64,000 nucleotides of DNA from Bugula neritina (GCA_964035545.1 OZ037767.1:15504998-15568997), one strand, 5' to 3'. Shown: positions 1 to 13,124, counted from the stretch's first letter. Program-made: numbers and translations. Notes: generated by a model from the sequence alone, not told the origin.

Positions 1-99
1 AGGACTAATAGTATTATTAGGTCCAGTATTATTCTTGTTACCTTATTCATCATTTATGAGTTATCAAATTTAAAATTACTACTTATTAGCATCAGCATA

Positions 100-3000
100 T
101 GTGACCAGTCGCGACAAAACCGGGGATGTGGCGGCGTTTATAAAGTGTAGTAAATGAAGGTTTAATTTGGATATACTTAAATTTGAAATTGATTTTCAGT
201 TTTTAGGTTTTGAACTTTTCTAATACAAAAAAATCCAAGGATTTCAAAAATCATACTTTCGCAAGCATTTGATGATTCCTTCAGCTTCAAAATTGCATTT
301 AAAGTTGGTAACTAAGGCATTCAATTTTTTAAATGGTGAAAAATTTGCGAAGTTATCAAATAAAGAAAGAAGACAATTTTAGTCATTTTCATAGCGTGAG
401 ATCTTGCAGATTTATTTTTTATCAAATGAATTTAGCTTACACCTCTTTCTTCGCATTGTCAGAAGCATCGTATTTAAAATCGCAGGCTAGTTTTAGTTTT
501 TCATCGTGCTCCATCCAAAGTTAGCTTTTAAGTTACTGAGCTGTTTTGCCCTTTGGCCTTTGGTGATAAATGCTAAACTTAATTTTTATCTTTAGCGTTC
601 AAGCTTAAAAATCACGACAATACAGGTAATTATACTTAAAACCATCCTTTACGCTATTAACTTAGAATTGTTGCCAGGATTATTTGTAGTTATCAATTTA
701 TTTATATTCATACTATCACTAGGACTGGAGTATGTCTATTCTTATTCTATACTAGTAACTATTTAAATGACTCTCACTATGACTCACAGGTTGAGGTACG
801 GTTACTCATAATGATAATCATAATGAATATTATTCATGATTTACTGATACAGGTATTTGGCAGTAAAACTAAATGTAGCTCATTAATATTAATACTAATA
901 CTCAGAGTCAGACTCAAATAGTGAATTTATAATTATTAATTATTACTTATACTATTAGTAATAGTATAAGTAATAATTAATAATTATAAATTCACTATTT
1001 GAGTCTGACTCTGAGTTTCACCTTCGGTCTTAAAACTTGATACTTATACTGATAGTATTATATTTATTAATTTATTCTATAGTTGATATTTAAATTTACT
1101 TTGGACTTATTCTTAGTAACTTTTAGCCTCTGTCTTAGATTTTGTGAATACAGTTACTGATTACTATTACTATTAGTATTACTATTAGTATTAACGTTAG
1201 GCCTACTAGTCGAGCTACCGTTTCCTTTTGTGATTTTCAAATTAGCTCAAAGTTTGATTTAAAATATAATGATAAAATCTTTATCACATTATGCAGGCTT
1301 ACAGTTACTGTCAAAACTCAATTGGTAATCCTATTTATATTGATAAAAGCATCACCTATAACCAAATTGAAATGGTAAATGTGATTAAATGTAAATGAGT
1401 ATAATGATGAAATATTAATGTGAGTTCATATTGATTCTATAGTTGACTGACTTAGTTCTTCAGTAAGTTACTTTTAGTCTTATTTAGTGAGTAGTAACAC
1501 TAACTGAATGCATAAATAGTCTAAACTTTTTAATTTTATTATAAAGGATGAGCAAAAGTTTATTCATATTTTAAAGTAATTTATTGAATTCAAATTGATT
1601 TCATAGTAAATGTCTTTAATATATTCAGTTGCATTTAGCTAGCTTTTTTACTCAATTAAATGCCTGAGTGGTTAATAGTTATCGAAAGACATTGCTTCAA
1701 AATTGCCAATTGCAGATATGCTAGATATTCAAGTGCATAATGTGTAATTTTACTGATAATACTATGTTAATATAGAATAATACGATATTCTGTACATTTT
1801 AGAAAGTGGGCTTATGAGAACATTAGAGTGAAGACTTATACCTACACAACTCTACTACCTATCAATCTAACACTCCTAATGTAGACACTCTGAATTTTGG
1901 CTTGCAAGGTTATGGCTTGTGCTTATTTCATTCATAAAAAGGTTTGCAGTCTTTTAATGATGTGCTTAAAAATGTTCAACAATTTTTTTAATTTAAATTG
2001 TTCTGTTTAAATGTTGATAAAATGCAGGATGACAATTAACTGCTGCCATAATAGTACCACAAGACTGTTTAACCAACTATTTTTTTATAATATAACTGCG
2101 TATAGTTTCTAATCAAGCTACCGTTTTCTTTTGTTATTTAAAAAAATCAACATTGTACTTGCAGCTCTGAAATAGACAATAGATGGGTAGATTGGCAGAA
2201 TAGATGTCAAGTAGCGGCATCTATAATTGCTAGAAAATCAACTGATGATAGTGATGAAGCTTTTGCCACATACATGGTGTTATGTGTTCATACTCCGTAA
2301 ACTCATATTATGAAGACCAAGGAAGTAGAAAGATGAAAAGTGCCTTTTTTGCAAAAACCGTAGAAGCTACCTAATTTTCTTTTCTTGATAAGAGTTAATT
2401 CAAGCATAATGGTTGTATCCAGGCTCGATTTGTTACTGCATTTAATTAGTTTTTTTAAAATAATGTATTTGATGTTTTAAATGTGAATATTAATGCCTAA
2501 TAAAACTCAAAAGTTCTAATCGCTGATTTTATGTTTATATTTTCAACATCAATTGCTAAATTTAATTGCCGTTAGAGATTATAAAGATATTTATGAATGA
2601 ATCTCGAATGATCTCATAATAGTCAAATGATTTTCTCATAAGTGTTCTACTCATTAAGCAATAACTATGAAACAGCACAGCTCAATAGCTGCAGTTTGAT
2701 ATATTACACAATATATTAGAGGAGAGGAAGATATTCAATGTATAACAGGAAGCAGCTGCCATTTTGTTTTATATGACTTCCTGCTAACTTAGATGCCCAA
2801 TTTAAATATCTCAACACACAAATTTGCTGAAACATCCTCCTCTTTGCTGGAATTGTTGAACCTTTCAATCATTAAACAAAGTAAAAAGCAAATTGACAAA
2901 TAAATTAGACAAAAAGTTTGGCGGCCATATTTGACCTAATTTTATGTTGAGGCAGCATGAAATTTAATTTAACAGAAAGCCCAAACTTTCACAATTATTT

Positions 3001-3302
3001 TGATACCAAATTTGTCACTATTCCTATTATACAAAGACCCGTTGCTAAGGCTTGTAAATTGTAAACAAATAATTCTCAATTTATTCTAGAGTTGCCAACT
3101 TTAAACGCAATTTTCTCGAAACAGTAATTTAGAAATTCTAAAAACGTTAAAGTTTTTAAATACTGATATCTCGAGTTCTATTTATGCTAGAGACTTCAAA
3201 TAAAGTGCAAAATGTTCAAAAAAGTCTGCTCTATCACTCTATAGTAATAACTAAGTTTTCAACATTTTATATACATCCTTTGCTTTGTGGTGCCAGGTCA
3301 CA
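100..3302. mobile_element. Putative old non-autonomous DNA transposon (TGTGACC...GGTCACA termini, TA-flanked)
   Basis: TA|TGTGACCAGTCGCGACAAAACCGGGGATG at 98-128 versus reverse complement of 3274-3304 TA|TGTGACCTGGCACCACAAAGCAAAGGATG. Degenerate ~30-bp TIR; no transposase ORF inside. Confidence 0.4.
900..1016. repeat. Perfect palindrome, 58-bp arms, 1-nt centre
   Basis: 900-957 ACTCAGAGTCAGACTC...TACTATTA is the reverse complement of 959-1016 TAATAGTA...GAGTCTGACTCTGAGT. Confidence 0.9.
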
Positions 3303-5658
3303 TATAAAAATGTGATCATTAGGAATAACTATCATGAGGTATGATCTATGATTTGCATTATCTATATATAGTTTAATACCAATATGATATATTATTATTG
3401 CTGATAGTTTATGTTATAGTTAAATTTATACTTATCCTTACAGTTACCTATAGTAGCACTTATTAGTTATTTGTGGTAGCCAAACTAATGTTTAATATTA
3501 TTAAATTAAACTGAGTCTCATAAAAGTGTTACTAAGAATTTTAATTATAATCGCAATGGTGATCATATTACTTTATTATAATTATTATATTTTATCATTA
3601 ATGCTAAACTGAGTTAATGTATATACTTTGAGTTTTACTATTACTAATCATATTTACACTTATAGTAAAACTAAATATGCAAAAGTTATACTTATACTTT
3701 TACTATTAGTATTTCATTATCTCATCTCATCTCATCTAATTAATCTCACTCGGAGCGCTTTGGCTCCTTTATCGAGATGCAGTGGTGTATGAACAATTGT
3801 TTAAATTATCAGTAGTAAGGAAGAAAACCATTTTGTCTACGAGATAAGAATATAGTTAATTATGCTTTGATTCAAAGCTCAATAGCTAGTTACTGCCAGG
3901 AAAGAAAAAAAGGAAAAAAAAAAGCAAATAAATAAATAAATATACACCGCACAGCTTCAGATGATATAAAGCAGAGTCGGTGTAAAGTGCTTATAATCAG
4001 TTAGGCAAAGCAGCTAGAACTTACATCTAAGATTGCAGTCCCATTACTATTACCACTAATACTACTATTAACACTAGTACTACTACTAGTACTAATACTA
4101 GTACTACTACTACTACTAGTACTACTACTAATACGTCTACTACTGTACTAGTACAACTACAAACTTTGAAAATAACTGCAAGAGAGGTATGATTTAGTCT
4201 TTCTCTTTTTCTTAGTCTTACTGTGACTCTCAGCCGAAATGTAAAATAAAATTGTGAACTAATAAGTTAAACCCGAGGCCGAAATTTATTTATTTAAATT
4301 TAGACAATCTGAATCTTTGGCTCAATCCTTGAGTTTGACTATTAGTCTTAGTATTAGTATTACTATTAGTATTAGTATTACTATTACTATTAGTATTACT
4401 ATTAGTGTTATGATTGTGATTATCATTGGCATTATCATTATGTCATTATAATTTTGGTAATTCTAACATTAATCATAATCATAATATAAGTGGTAATGAT
4501 TAATGATAATTATTTTCATTTTGTAATCATAATGATAATCATATTGATGTAAATTTTGATGCAAAACCGAGATACTAAAACTAAAACTAAAAGTAAAAGT
4601 TATAAAATTAAATGATAAAATATTCTTATTATATTCATTAATATTATTATTAAATATATTATTTCATTAGAAAATAAGTTACAGCTTAGCATGATTGAAA
4701 TTCAGTAAAAATTAGTTTATCGACAGCGAACATGCACGCGTCTTGTCAACATTCGATTCGTAGTGCCATAGAGAAATCCAGATCACTGGTAGTACGACTA
4801 CTACAAATATTACTACCAGTATAACGGATTACAGATCCTTGGCGATTTCAGCTGTGAGTGACCTTCACCTTACATTCTTGTCACGTGCGCGGCATAAGAC
4901 TTAGTAGAGGGTATTATAAAGCGCTGAGCTGGAAAAGAAATATATTATAGGTAATATAATTATGGTAATATAGGTAATATTATTGAGGTAATTGGTATGG
5001 AGTATAGACCTATCACTGATAGTATCAGCTACCAGTTACTTAGTCTTACAGTTACTACTTTAACTTATAAATTACTACTCAACTGCTTGGAATCATTTGT
5101 CTTTGATCATATTCATATTGATATCATGGCATTGTCATTGTGATTGTAATAACTATTAATATTTTTAGTTCAACATCAATGCCGAACATATTGTAATAAC
5201 TAATAAGATAACCATAATGTTGATATATTTTGCTAATAGTTATAGTAATAGTAATTCAGTGTCACTCTCACTCTGTCACTGTCAGTGTGAGTGGTCGTGG
5301 ACTGGTGGAGTGAGACTCAGACTTAGAGACAGAGTGACTCCGAGTAAGTCTGAGTGTTGGTAATAATAATAGTCATATAAATTTAAATTATATTTACTTA
5401 TTACTGGCAATCACAATGGCAATAGTTATAGTAATAGTAACTTTCACTTACTCTTAAATCATTGAATCTGAACTTAAAGTAAAATTAAGCATTATGATTA
5501 TGATCATCATTATGATTATTTATGATTATACCTATGATTTTATTATGTTTAAATTAAAAATTAATATCATGATAACATCATAGTGATGAACATAATGATA
5601 AATGATAATATAAAAGTAAATCGATAAAATATACATTGATTTTGAATCATGGTGATAC

Positions 5659-5963
5659 TGTTATGATTTTCAGATTTAGGGTTGATGTGCTATCCAGAGA
5701 GTCTATTTATTTGCTATAGAACTGCACCAGGATAAGTCGAGTGAACGAGTATATTTTACACACAATTATACATTATAAAAACGATACATTATATTCAAAC
5801 AAGTTACACATCTAATCTATTTCACACTCTAGCTTCGACTGAGTTAACAGCGGGAAACTATAATCGCTGCTAACTATCAACTACGCTAATTGGCTATCCA
5901 TTGTTCCGGGTCAATTAGGCGACCCTACATGTTGTGCTGCTGGTAGTTCCACGAACCACCACA
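5659..5963 (-). repeat. 3' LTR of element A
   Basis: Matches 12820-13124 except one mismatch seen by eye (5918 G vs 13079 C). Confidence 0.97.
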
Positions 5964-5994
5964 CCGCCCCCACCAGCAGAAAGCCATCTTTCTG
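5964..5994 (-). other. G-rich PPT with upstream CAGAAAG/CTTTCTG hairpin, element A
   Basis: Minus strand reads CAGAAAG-ATGG-CTTTCTG-CTGGTGGGGGCGG immediately before the 3' LTR TG. Confidence 0.75.
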
Positions 5995-6253
5995 ATATAT
6001 ATATAAAAAAAAACATTCATTAGTAACCGCATACATCAGTGGACAAAAATAATACATAATATACAGGAAGAGACATAATAATAGACAGAGTCATTATAAC
6101 GATCCGTTGCATACAATTGGCCAGCTGTAGATAGACGAGGAATACTAGCTAGCTGTGGTGTTAGACAGGGGATAACCTGTTAAGCAGTCAAACATTTACA
6201 TGACATCTTGGTTTCTCCCAAGAGGCGGAGTTGGAGTACTCCGGGTAGTCTAA

Positions 6254-7331
6254 CTAGAGTCCTTGTTGGGCACGCCGGTGCTTGGCTTGGCATGTACGCA
6301 GTTTCCGTTTCATACGGCATACGGATCCCTTTAGCTGGAAGAGTCCTGTGGTAGTGTTAAGTAGATCTGGTGCCAGCTGGGTGAATTCTTCTTGTAATCG
6401 CAGGAGGCGTTCTTCTACTGTGGCTAGGCGGACTGGGTCTGGGGACGGTGTCCGTCTGCGGCGCAAGGGTGGACTGGGGGACCTGGTTCGTCTCTTCGTC
6501 GGGGTAGGGGAGATCTCTCCTTCTTCTGGATATGTGAATTCCTCGGGAGTGTATGTAATTTGAGGGCGGTCAGACACCAACGGGGATTGTTGGCGGGCGT
6601 TGTCTAACACACGTTGGAACCCCGAGGACAGAACGGCTAACAGCATGGCCTTCTTCACCAGAGGTCGTATAAGTGTGAGGAACTCCGGGTATAGCTTAGC
6701 GTCGACCACGTAGTTTTCTCCAGGGAAACAGCCCGTCGCTCGGTGTCTGGTGACGGGGTAGGGATACACATCATTGTACCCGCAGGGGCAGAATGTTAGT
6801 AGGAGATGAGCATTGACGTGTAGTTTAAGGGAGCGGTGAGAGGCGCAATCTTCACCACAGATCTGGCATCTCGTCCGTCCTCTGGACCCCCAGGCCGTTT
6901 CTATTTCTTCTTCTGTTTGTGGAGACACCCACCGCCAACGGCGGCGTAGTGGCTCAGGCCGGTCACCACTAGCATACTCCTCCGGATGCGGAGCGGGAAG
7001 TGTTCTATCCCGTACCCTGGTTGTAGCGGGTCGAGTGTAATCTGAAAAAGTTTCAACAGTGTTAATACAGTACACTGCCGTGTTGTCAGCTTGAACAGCT
7101 TGGCAACTCCTAATTCAGTTACCTCGTAGAGATTTATGGTAGTGAATAGTCAGATAGAACACGTATTGCAATGAGATTATAAAAATCTCTAAGTCAAACT
7201 GAGTTCTTACTACGGTATTTCACTAACCTATCTCCAGCTCGATTGACTCAGTGAGTCCGAGCTGAGCGATGCAATCTAGTTTCGTATTAAGATATAGTTA
7301 ACTCACCCCACGATCTGTTGTCGTAAGACAT
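6254..7331 (-). CDS. Element A ORF3: spliced zinc-finger/coiled-coil accessory protein (exons 7331-7307 + 7041-6254, ~270 aa)
   Basis: ATG TCT TAC GAC AAC AGA TCG TGG G|GTGAGT ... TTAAC ... TTTTTCAG|AT TAC joins in frame. Contains CQIC-x12-H-x3-H and CPC-x12-H-x4-C, an RSPSPPLRRRRTPSP tract and a C-terminal heptad helix. Homologous to ORF3 of element B. Confidence 0.8.
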
Positions 7332-7355
7332 ACTGAATGTGTGAAATGGTTTGAA

Positions 7356-10300
7356 CTACTGCTTAGAAACACGTCTACTCCTGACTGCATCAGCGTATGA
7401 AAAGATCGAGCAACGTGGTTGGGGTGCGTGATTAAGACTTTGTGCACCCGGCGGATGAATTTTGTTTCTATTTCCGCCGATACAAAAGTTGATATTTCCG
7501 TGGTGTTGACAACTCCCACATTTGCTCGATACTTTTCTCGTACGGTTTTCCCCTAGACTTTCATACGCGCCGCTTTTAACGCAGTCGCATATGAAGTCCT
7601 TCAAGTATGCGGGGGGTTGCCTCGTACGCTGTCCCCTTTCTAGGGGGGGTGACACGCTTGCCGGTTCGTTAGTAGGGGCCTCTAATGGCGTCTCTACTTC
7701 ACCGTTAGCGGTCACCTCTTCTTGTTCTCCGGATGGAGCCCCTCCCTCCGTGGGGGTTTGCACTTCCGGAACCGGTTCGGTTTCTGGAAGTGATGGAATT
7801 AGACTTGGCGGTGGCGGACACGCTTCTGTTGATAAAAGCTGCCGCTCCTCTCTCACCAAGTTTTCTTCCCGCGGTATGACCACTTCGTATTCAGGTCCAT
7901 GCCGCCGTCGCCCGCGCGTTGTTGTCTGCCTCCTGGGCTCTAACAACGGGGGGGGCTTCTCCCACTCTGTCGGGGCTAGCCCAATATGGTTTCAAGCGAG
8001 ACTCATTCTGGATAAACACCTGTCCTGAGCGCTCGATCTTGTACGTATGATTGGGCATAGCCTCGACTTCAGTTTATCAGCCTGTCCGCGACGCCTACGG
8101 TAATTGACCATCCACACCTTATCTCCCGTTTGATAGAGAGGTGGTTCATCGGAATCTTCGTGCCGCACCTTCCACTGCTGTTGGCGCAGTATATCGTGTG
8201 CGGCCTTCATCCGTTCCACTAGTTCACTGGCATACTCGTGAACCGAGTTGTCTTGCTCTGGAACGTGATAGGTGAGATGGTCAGGGACACGAGTCTCTCT
8301 CCCGAGCATCAAGAGGTTTGGGGTCTCACCAGTACTGGTGTGTGGGGTGCTACGGTATGCACGCATGACTTGCGGCAACACCGTATCCCATTCCTCTTGA
8401 CCTCGTCCAAGGAGGAGACTCCGGAGTGCATCACCTAGCATCCGGTTGTTGCGCTCCACCACCCCGTTACCTTGAGGGTGGTAGGGGGTGGTCCTGCTCT
8501 GATTTACTCCCCAGAGGTGGCAAAGGTCGCTCATCAGTTGAGACTGGAATTGAGCGCCTTGATCAGAGTGTATCTGTTCGGGGAGCCCAAAATAACAGAA
8601 TACATGTTGGTCTAGTGCCCTGGCCACTGTTGGGGCTGACGCATCTGGGATAGCCAGAGCATCCGCCCACCTAGTAAAGTGGTCGGTTAGTACTAGGATC
8701 CAATTATTGCCTCTGGGGGTCAGGGGCATGGGTCCGACTAGGTCTACAGCGACTACTTGCCAGGGCCTACCAGCATATAGCCTCCGCCGTCCTGCTTCAC
8801 CAGGGGGGCGGCTATGCTTACTGGCCTGGCAGATCTCACACTGTTTGACTCTGAGCCGGACGTCACGCTCCATTTGTGGCCAATACCACCGGAGTCGTAA
8901 TTTGGACATCACTCTCTTGACCCCTGCGTGGGCCTGTTTGTGAGTATCCCAAATCAACTCACGGCGGATGGCCGTGGGGCAGACTACCCTCTTCCTCTCC
9001 GGGTGTCTGCCGCTGGCGGCTAGAGAGATGGTTAATAACCCATCCTGCCCGATCCGCAGCGAGTCCCAACGCTGACAGTATAGCCGGAACTCGTATGCGT
9101 TCCTCGCTGGGTCGTCGCCCTTCCCTTTTGGCCCGGTATATGTCTGCCACGACTCCAGGCAGCTCTTCGTGGAGCTTCTTCAGCTCCCGAACATTACCGG
9201 CCAGTACAGGGTTGGCGCGGAGGTTTTGTACATCCTCCGGGGACTCATCAACTCTTTGCCTGGGTTGACCTTGGTCCCAGTCAAACGGTGCTCTGTGGTG
9301 AGCCAGCGTCTCCAACTCGCATCGCGGGGGACCTCCATCCCTCCTCTCGATGTTGAGACACTGTTTGCAACCTCCGTCAGGTTGGCGACTCAACCCATCC
9401 GCATTGCTGTGTCATTTGCCCGGTCGATGTTCGATCCGGTACGAGAATTCAGCTAGGATTTCGAGCCACCGGGCGACCTGACTAGAGGGCTCTGCTCTCT
9501 TGCACAACCAGATCAGCGAGGCATGATCCGTACGCAGCCGGAACTTCCTGCCGTATAGGTATGGTCTGAAGTGCTTCACTGACTTGATTACTGCCAGCAG
9601 CTCCTTGCGGGTAGTGCAGTAATTTCGTTCAGCGGGTGAGAGAGACTTGCTGTAGTAGGCTACTACTACCTCTCGGCCTTCCTGCACTTGTGACAGCACA
9701 GCGCCAACATTTTGGTCACTGGCGTCCGTGTCGAGGATGTACTCCAGAGTGGGGTCTGGGTAGGCCAAGATGGGCGCCGTTAGTAGGCAGCCCTTGAGGC
9801 GGTCGAACGCTTCTTGTTCGACTGGGGTCCACTGCCACGTCACTCCCTTTGCGGTGAGCCGGTTTAACGGCTGGGCTATGCCCGCAAAGTCTGGTATGTA
9901 TTGCCTGTAATACCCTACCAGCCCCAAGAAAGCCCGGAGTCTGGTCAAGTCTTGGGGGGTGACCCAGTCTTCTACTGCCCGTACCTTTTCGGGATCCGTT
10001 GCCACGCCGTTTCGACCGACAACGTGCCCCAGGTACTTGACCTCCGGCTGCAATAGAGCGCACTTGGAAGGTTTGAGCTTAAGACCGGCACCTCGGAGTC
10101 TCTCGAAAACCTCCTGCAGACGACTGACATGTGTCTCGAAGTCTGGAGAGATTACGATGACATCATCGAGGTAGACCAGCAGTGTCTTCCAATGGAGTCC
10201 GCTAAGGACTTGTTCCATCAGCCTCTGGAAGGTGGCTGGGGCGGAGGTTAACCCGAAGGGCAGTACCTTCCACTTCCACAAACCGTCCCGTGTGATAAAC

Positions 10301-11886
10301 GCCGCTTTCTCCTGGGCGTCGGGACTCAGAGGAACTTGCCAATAGCCGCTTAGGAAGTCTAACGTACTGAAGTACTTGCTGCCGGCTAGGGCGTCCAATG
10401 ACTCGTCAATACGAGGTAGAGGGTAAGCGTCCTGTATGGTTACGCTATTGAGTTTGCGGTAATCCACACAGAACCGCCAACTGCCGTCTTTCTTCCGGAC
10501 CAGTACGACTGGCGAGCTCCACGCACTATGGGCGGGCTCTATCAGTCCCCGGTCCAGAAGATCCCGTACTTGTCGGCTAACTTCCTTCTCTTTTTCAGGC
10601 CCCAGTCTGCGTGTGGGCTGCCGGACAGGGACTGTCCCTGCAGTCAGCGGTATTTCGTGCCTGACAACTCCAGTCAGCCCCACGTCATGATCTCCGCTAC
10701 TGAACACATCACCGTAGTCGCGTAGCAACTTCGCCATGGCTTGGCGTTCCTTGTTGTTCGCGCAGCCGCCACTGGCTGTTCCGTATATCTCCCGGAGATG
10801 TGTTGGGACTGCCCCTCGTCCCTGAATAGGGCACTGAGGGAGTGCCTCTGTCGCATCACCCAGCGACGGGCCTACGTCTCCCTCCTGAACAGAGTGAAAA
10901 CGGCCCAGCATCGACCCAGCCGGGAGCTTGATAGGCTCGGTAAAGGGGTTGACGCACTGCACTAAGATCTCCCCTTGCTCAGTCAGCTGATTCAGACTGC
11001 TGGCAAGTTGGATCTTTTCGTGCGCGCCTTCAACCACCCCGAGTCCAGAGATCCGGCTATTATTCACCCTGCAGTGAATGGTAGCCCGGGAGTGGCCTGG
11101 TATGATACGGTTGCGTACCACTTGCACACCTCCCACTAAAGGGCGGCCGAACTTGTCGACGCAGGCGAGTTCCCGCCCGGACATCATCATTGCAGATCTG
11201 CTAAAATCTATGTGACATCCGTGCCGTTTAAGGAACGGCATCCCGAGGATAGCATCCTCCTTGAGCTGACTGACGATGAACGTCTCTTGGATCGTTTGAT
11301 CACGGACTCGTCCCGTCAGCTCAATTATACCATAGAAGGGAAGGCACGACCCGTCAGCTAGGGTGCCGTATTCCCCTTCGTATGATTCCATCTCGCCCCT
11401 GACCCTAGCACTGAGGGTGTCGAAGAGTTGGCGGCTTAAGAGGTTTGTGGTACAGCCCGAATCAATGAGGAAAGTAACAGCTTTGCCTTCCAGTTTACCG
11501 GGCAAGAAATAGCTGTTCCCATGGGGCTGCACCTGAACTCTCTCTTCAGGCCCTACTCTCGCAGGGAGTACCTCCCTCGCTTTGGGTCGCGAAGGAGGTC
11601 TCTTGGGGCGGTGGTAGGTAGGCCTCGGGGGTGCCGAGGTTAGATCCCCGGCTACCTTTGTGGGCTCCCATCCAGATTCTTGGACTCGTAGCCCTGTGAA
11701 TCTGTTGTGAAGGGGCATAGAAAAGGCAGCCGCGGGGCGAAGCCCCTTGCTGGTCCGTCGTGGCTGTTGCCACTGTTGGTTGCCAGTACGCGGTACCCGT
11801 CTGGGTGACCTGCGTTTCTTCTTCCCTGGGGGTTTCATCGTCGGCCCGCAGGAGGTGGGAACATCTGCGGGCCGCGGTAGTTTAAC
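7356..11886 (-). pseudogene. pol: Element A pol (protease, RT, RNase H, integrase, Pro-rich tail), disrupted
   Basis: LIDSGC protease, YLDD RT, LDTDAS RNase H, HHCC and DLVG..D..E integrase. In-frame TGA at 9414-9412. Deletion frameshifts near 9105 and 8070 relative to element C. Confidence 0.93.
11822..11886 (-). promoter_or_regulatory. Candidate -1 ribosomal frameshift signal (G_TTA_AAC + stem/pseudoknot), element A
   Basis: In the gag/pol overlap: GTTAAAC, 5-nt spacer, CGGCCCGCAG/CTGCGGGCCG 10-bp stem, loop TTCCC complementary to a downstream GGGAA. Confidence 0.75.
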
Positions 11887-12788
11887 CCCTGATTTAGGAA
11901 GGGACAATATCGGCGGAAATGCCCTTGATTTCCGCACTCCCAGCAAAAACTGACCGTTTCTCCATGTGGCGGCGCCGATGGCCGCATGGGCTCAGGGGCG
12001 GTACTCACTGGGTTTTGTGGTGTCAGTGTTGCTATCAGCTTGGCTAGCATATCTGTCAGTTGAGTGACTTTCGATGCCGTCGCCAACTGGGACACGGCAG
12101 CCGCGGCGGGGGTTTCCTCCCCTTGTCCCGCGGCCGTGTCTGCGCGGTCTATCTCCACTTGATGGGAGCTTCCGCGACTTTTATGCATTTGATTAGCTAG
12201 GAGGTAAGCTTCCCCCTCAGTCAGAGCATCTTCAACGGTGGTGACTCCCCTAGCTAGAAACTGGTGGTGGAGACCCAGATCGTCGACAGATGCTATGAAA
12301 GCGTCGAGGGTATACCTCTCGCGGTTGACTGGGGGCAAGTCGCTGTACGCGATCTGTGCCAGCTTCATGACCGCGGCGGCATGCTCCCGCAGCGGGGTGC
12401 GGGGATCACGCCGCAACCTCTGTAATCGGGCCCTGGCATCTGTAGCAGAGAGGCCGAAGCGGGCCCGCAGAGAAGCAAAGATATTATCAATGTCTACGCC
12501 CAGCCCATAAGGCTTGGCTTTGTCCATCAATGCCATTCTAAGCTTCAGCAAGGCCACCCTAGGGGGCCACTGGGCGACGTCCATTACGTCGCTAAACTCT
12601 TGGATAGATTGTTCCACCTCCTCTTCACCCGTGAAGGTGGGCGCCTTTAACCTGTAGCGGTCCTCAGCTAGTTCTCGCGGAACCCTTCGCTCTTCTACTA
12701 CATGGTTAACAGGCATTGTCTCTACAGCATTGTCTCTACGCTCACCTTCTATTGCCGGTGGTTGAGTTCCAGCATTTTCAGTCTCCAT
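11835..12788 (-). CDS. gag: Element A Gag (capsid + CCHC zinc knuckle), intact
   Basis: 317-aa ORF starting at an ATG just after the PBS; CWECGNQGHFRRYC knuckle. Confidence 0.93.
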   Translation of the reverse strand: METENAGTQPPAIEGERRDNAVETMPVNHVVEERRVPRELAEDRYRLKAPTFTGEEEVEQSIQEFSDVMDVAQWPPRVALLKLRMALMDKAKPYGLGVDIDNIFASLRARFGLSATDARARLQRLRRDPRTPLREHAAAVMKLAQIAYSDLPPVNRERYTLDAFIASVDDLGLHHQFLARGVTTVEDALTEGEAYLLANQMHKSRGSSHQVEIDRADTAAGQGEETPAAAAVSQLATASKVTQLTDMLAKLIATLTPQNPVSTAPEPMRPSAPPHGETVSFCWECGNQGHFRRYCPFLNQGLNYRGPQMFPPPAGRR

Positions 12789-12800
12789 CTTGGATGCACT

Positions 12801-12818
12801 ATCCCACCGCTGCCACCA
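12801..12818 (-). promoter_or_regulatory. Primer binding site, tRNA-Leu
   Basis: TGGTGGCAGCGGTGGGAT, complementary to the 3' end (ATCCCACCGCTGCCA-CCA) of eukaryotic tRNA-Leu(AAG/TAG); lies 1 nt from the LTR. Confidence 0.88.
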
Positions 12819-12819
12819 C

Positions 12820-13124
12820 TGTTATGATTTTCAGATTTAGGGTTGATGTGCTATCCAGAGAGTCTATTTATTTGCTATAGAACTGCACCAGGATAAGTCG
12901 AGTGAACGAGTATATTTTACACACAATTATACATTATAAAAACGATACATTATATTCAAACAAGTTACACATCTAATCTATTTCACACTCTAGCTTCGAC
13001 TGAGTTAACAGCGGGAAACTATAATCGCTGCTAACTATCAACTACGCTAATTGGCTATCCATTGTTCCGGGTCAATTACGCGACCCTACATGTTGTGCTG
13101 CTGGTAGTTCCACGAACCACCACA
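12820..13124 (-). repeat. 5' LTR of element A
   Basis: Direct repeat of 5659-5963, adjacent to the PBS. Confidence 0.97.

Larger units (their letters stand above)
5659..13124 (-). mobile_element. Ty3/Gypsy LTR retrotransposon A (gag, pol PR-RT-RH-IN, third zinc-finger ORF)
   Basis: 305-bp TG...CA LTRs at both ends, 4-bp TSD ATAC (5655-5658, 13125-13128), PBS, PPT, and Gypsy domain order PR-RT-RH-IN. Confidence 0.97.

Noticed and set aside
6254-7075. ORF3 as an Env glycoprotein, or starting at the GTG given in the ORF track
   Set aside because: No signal peptide or C-terminal TM anchor. GTG starts come from the track's start-codon set; the conserved ATG mini-exon explains initiation.
9412-9414. 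Programmed readthrough stop between RNase H and integrase in element A
   Set aside because: Element C has a sense codon here, and A has further frameshifts downstream, so it is best read as a lesion.
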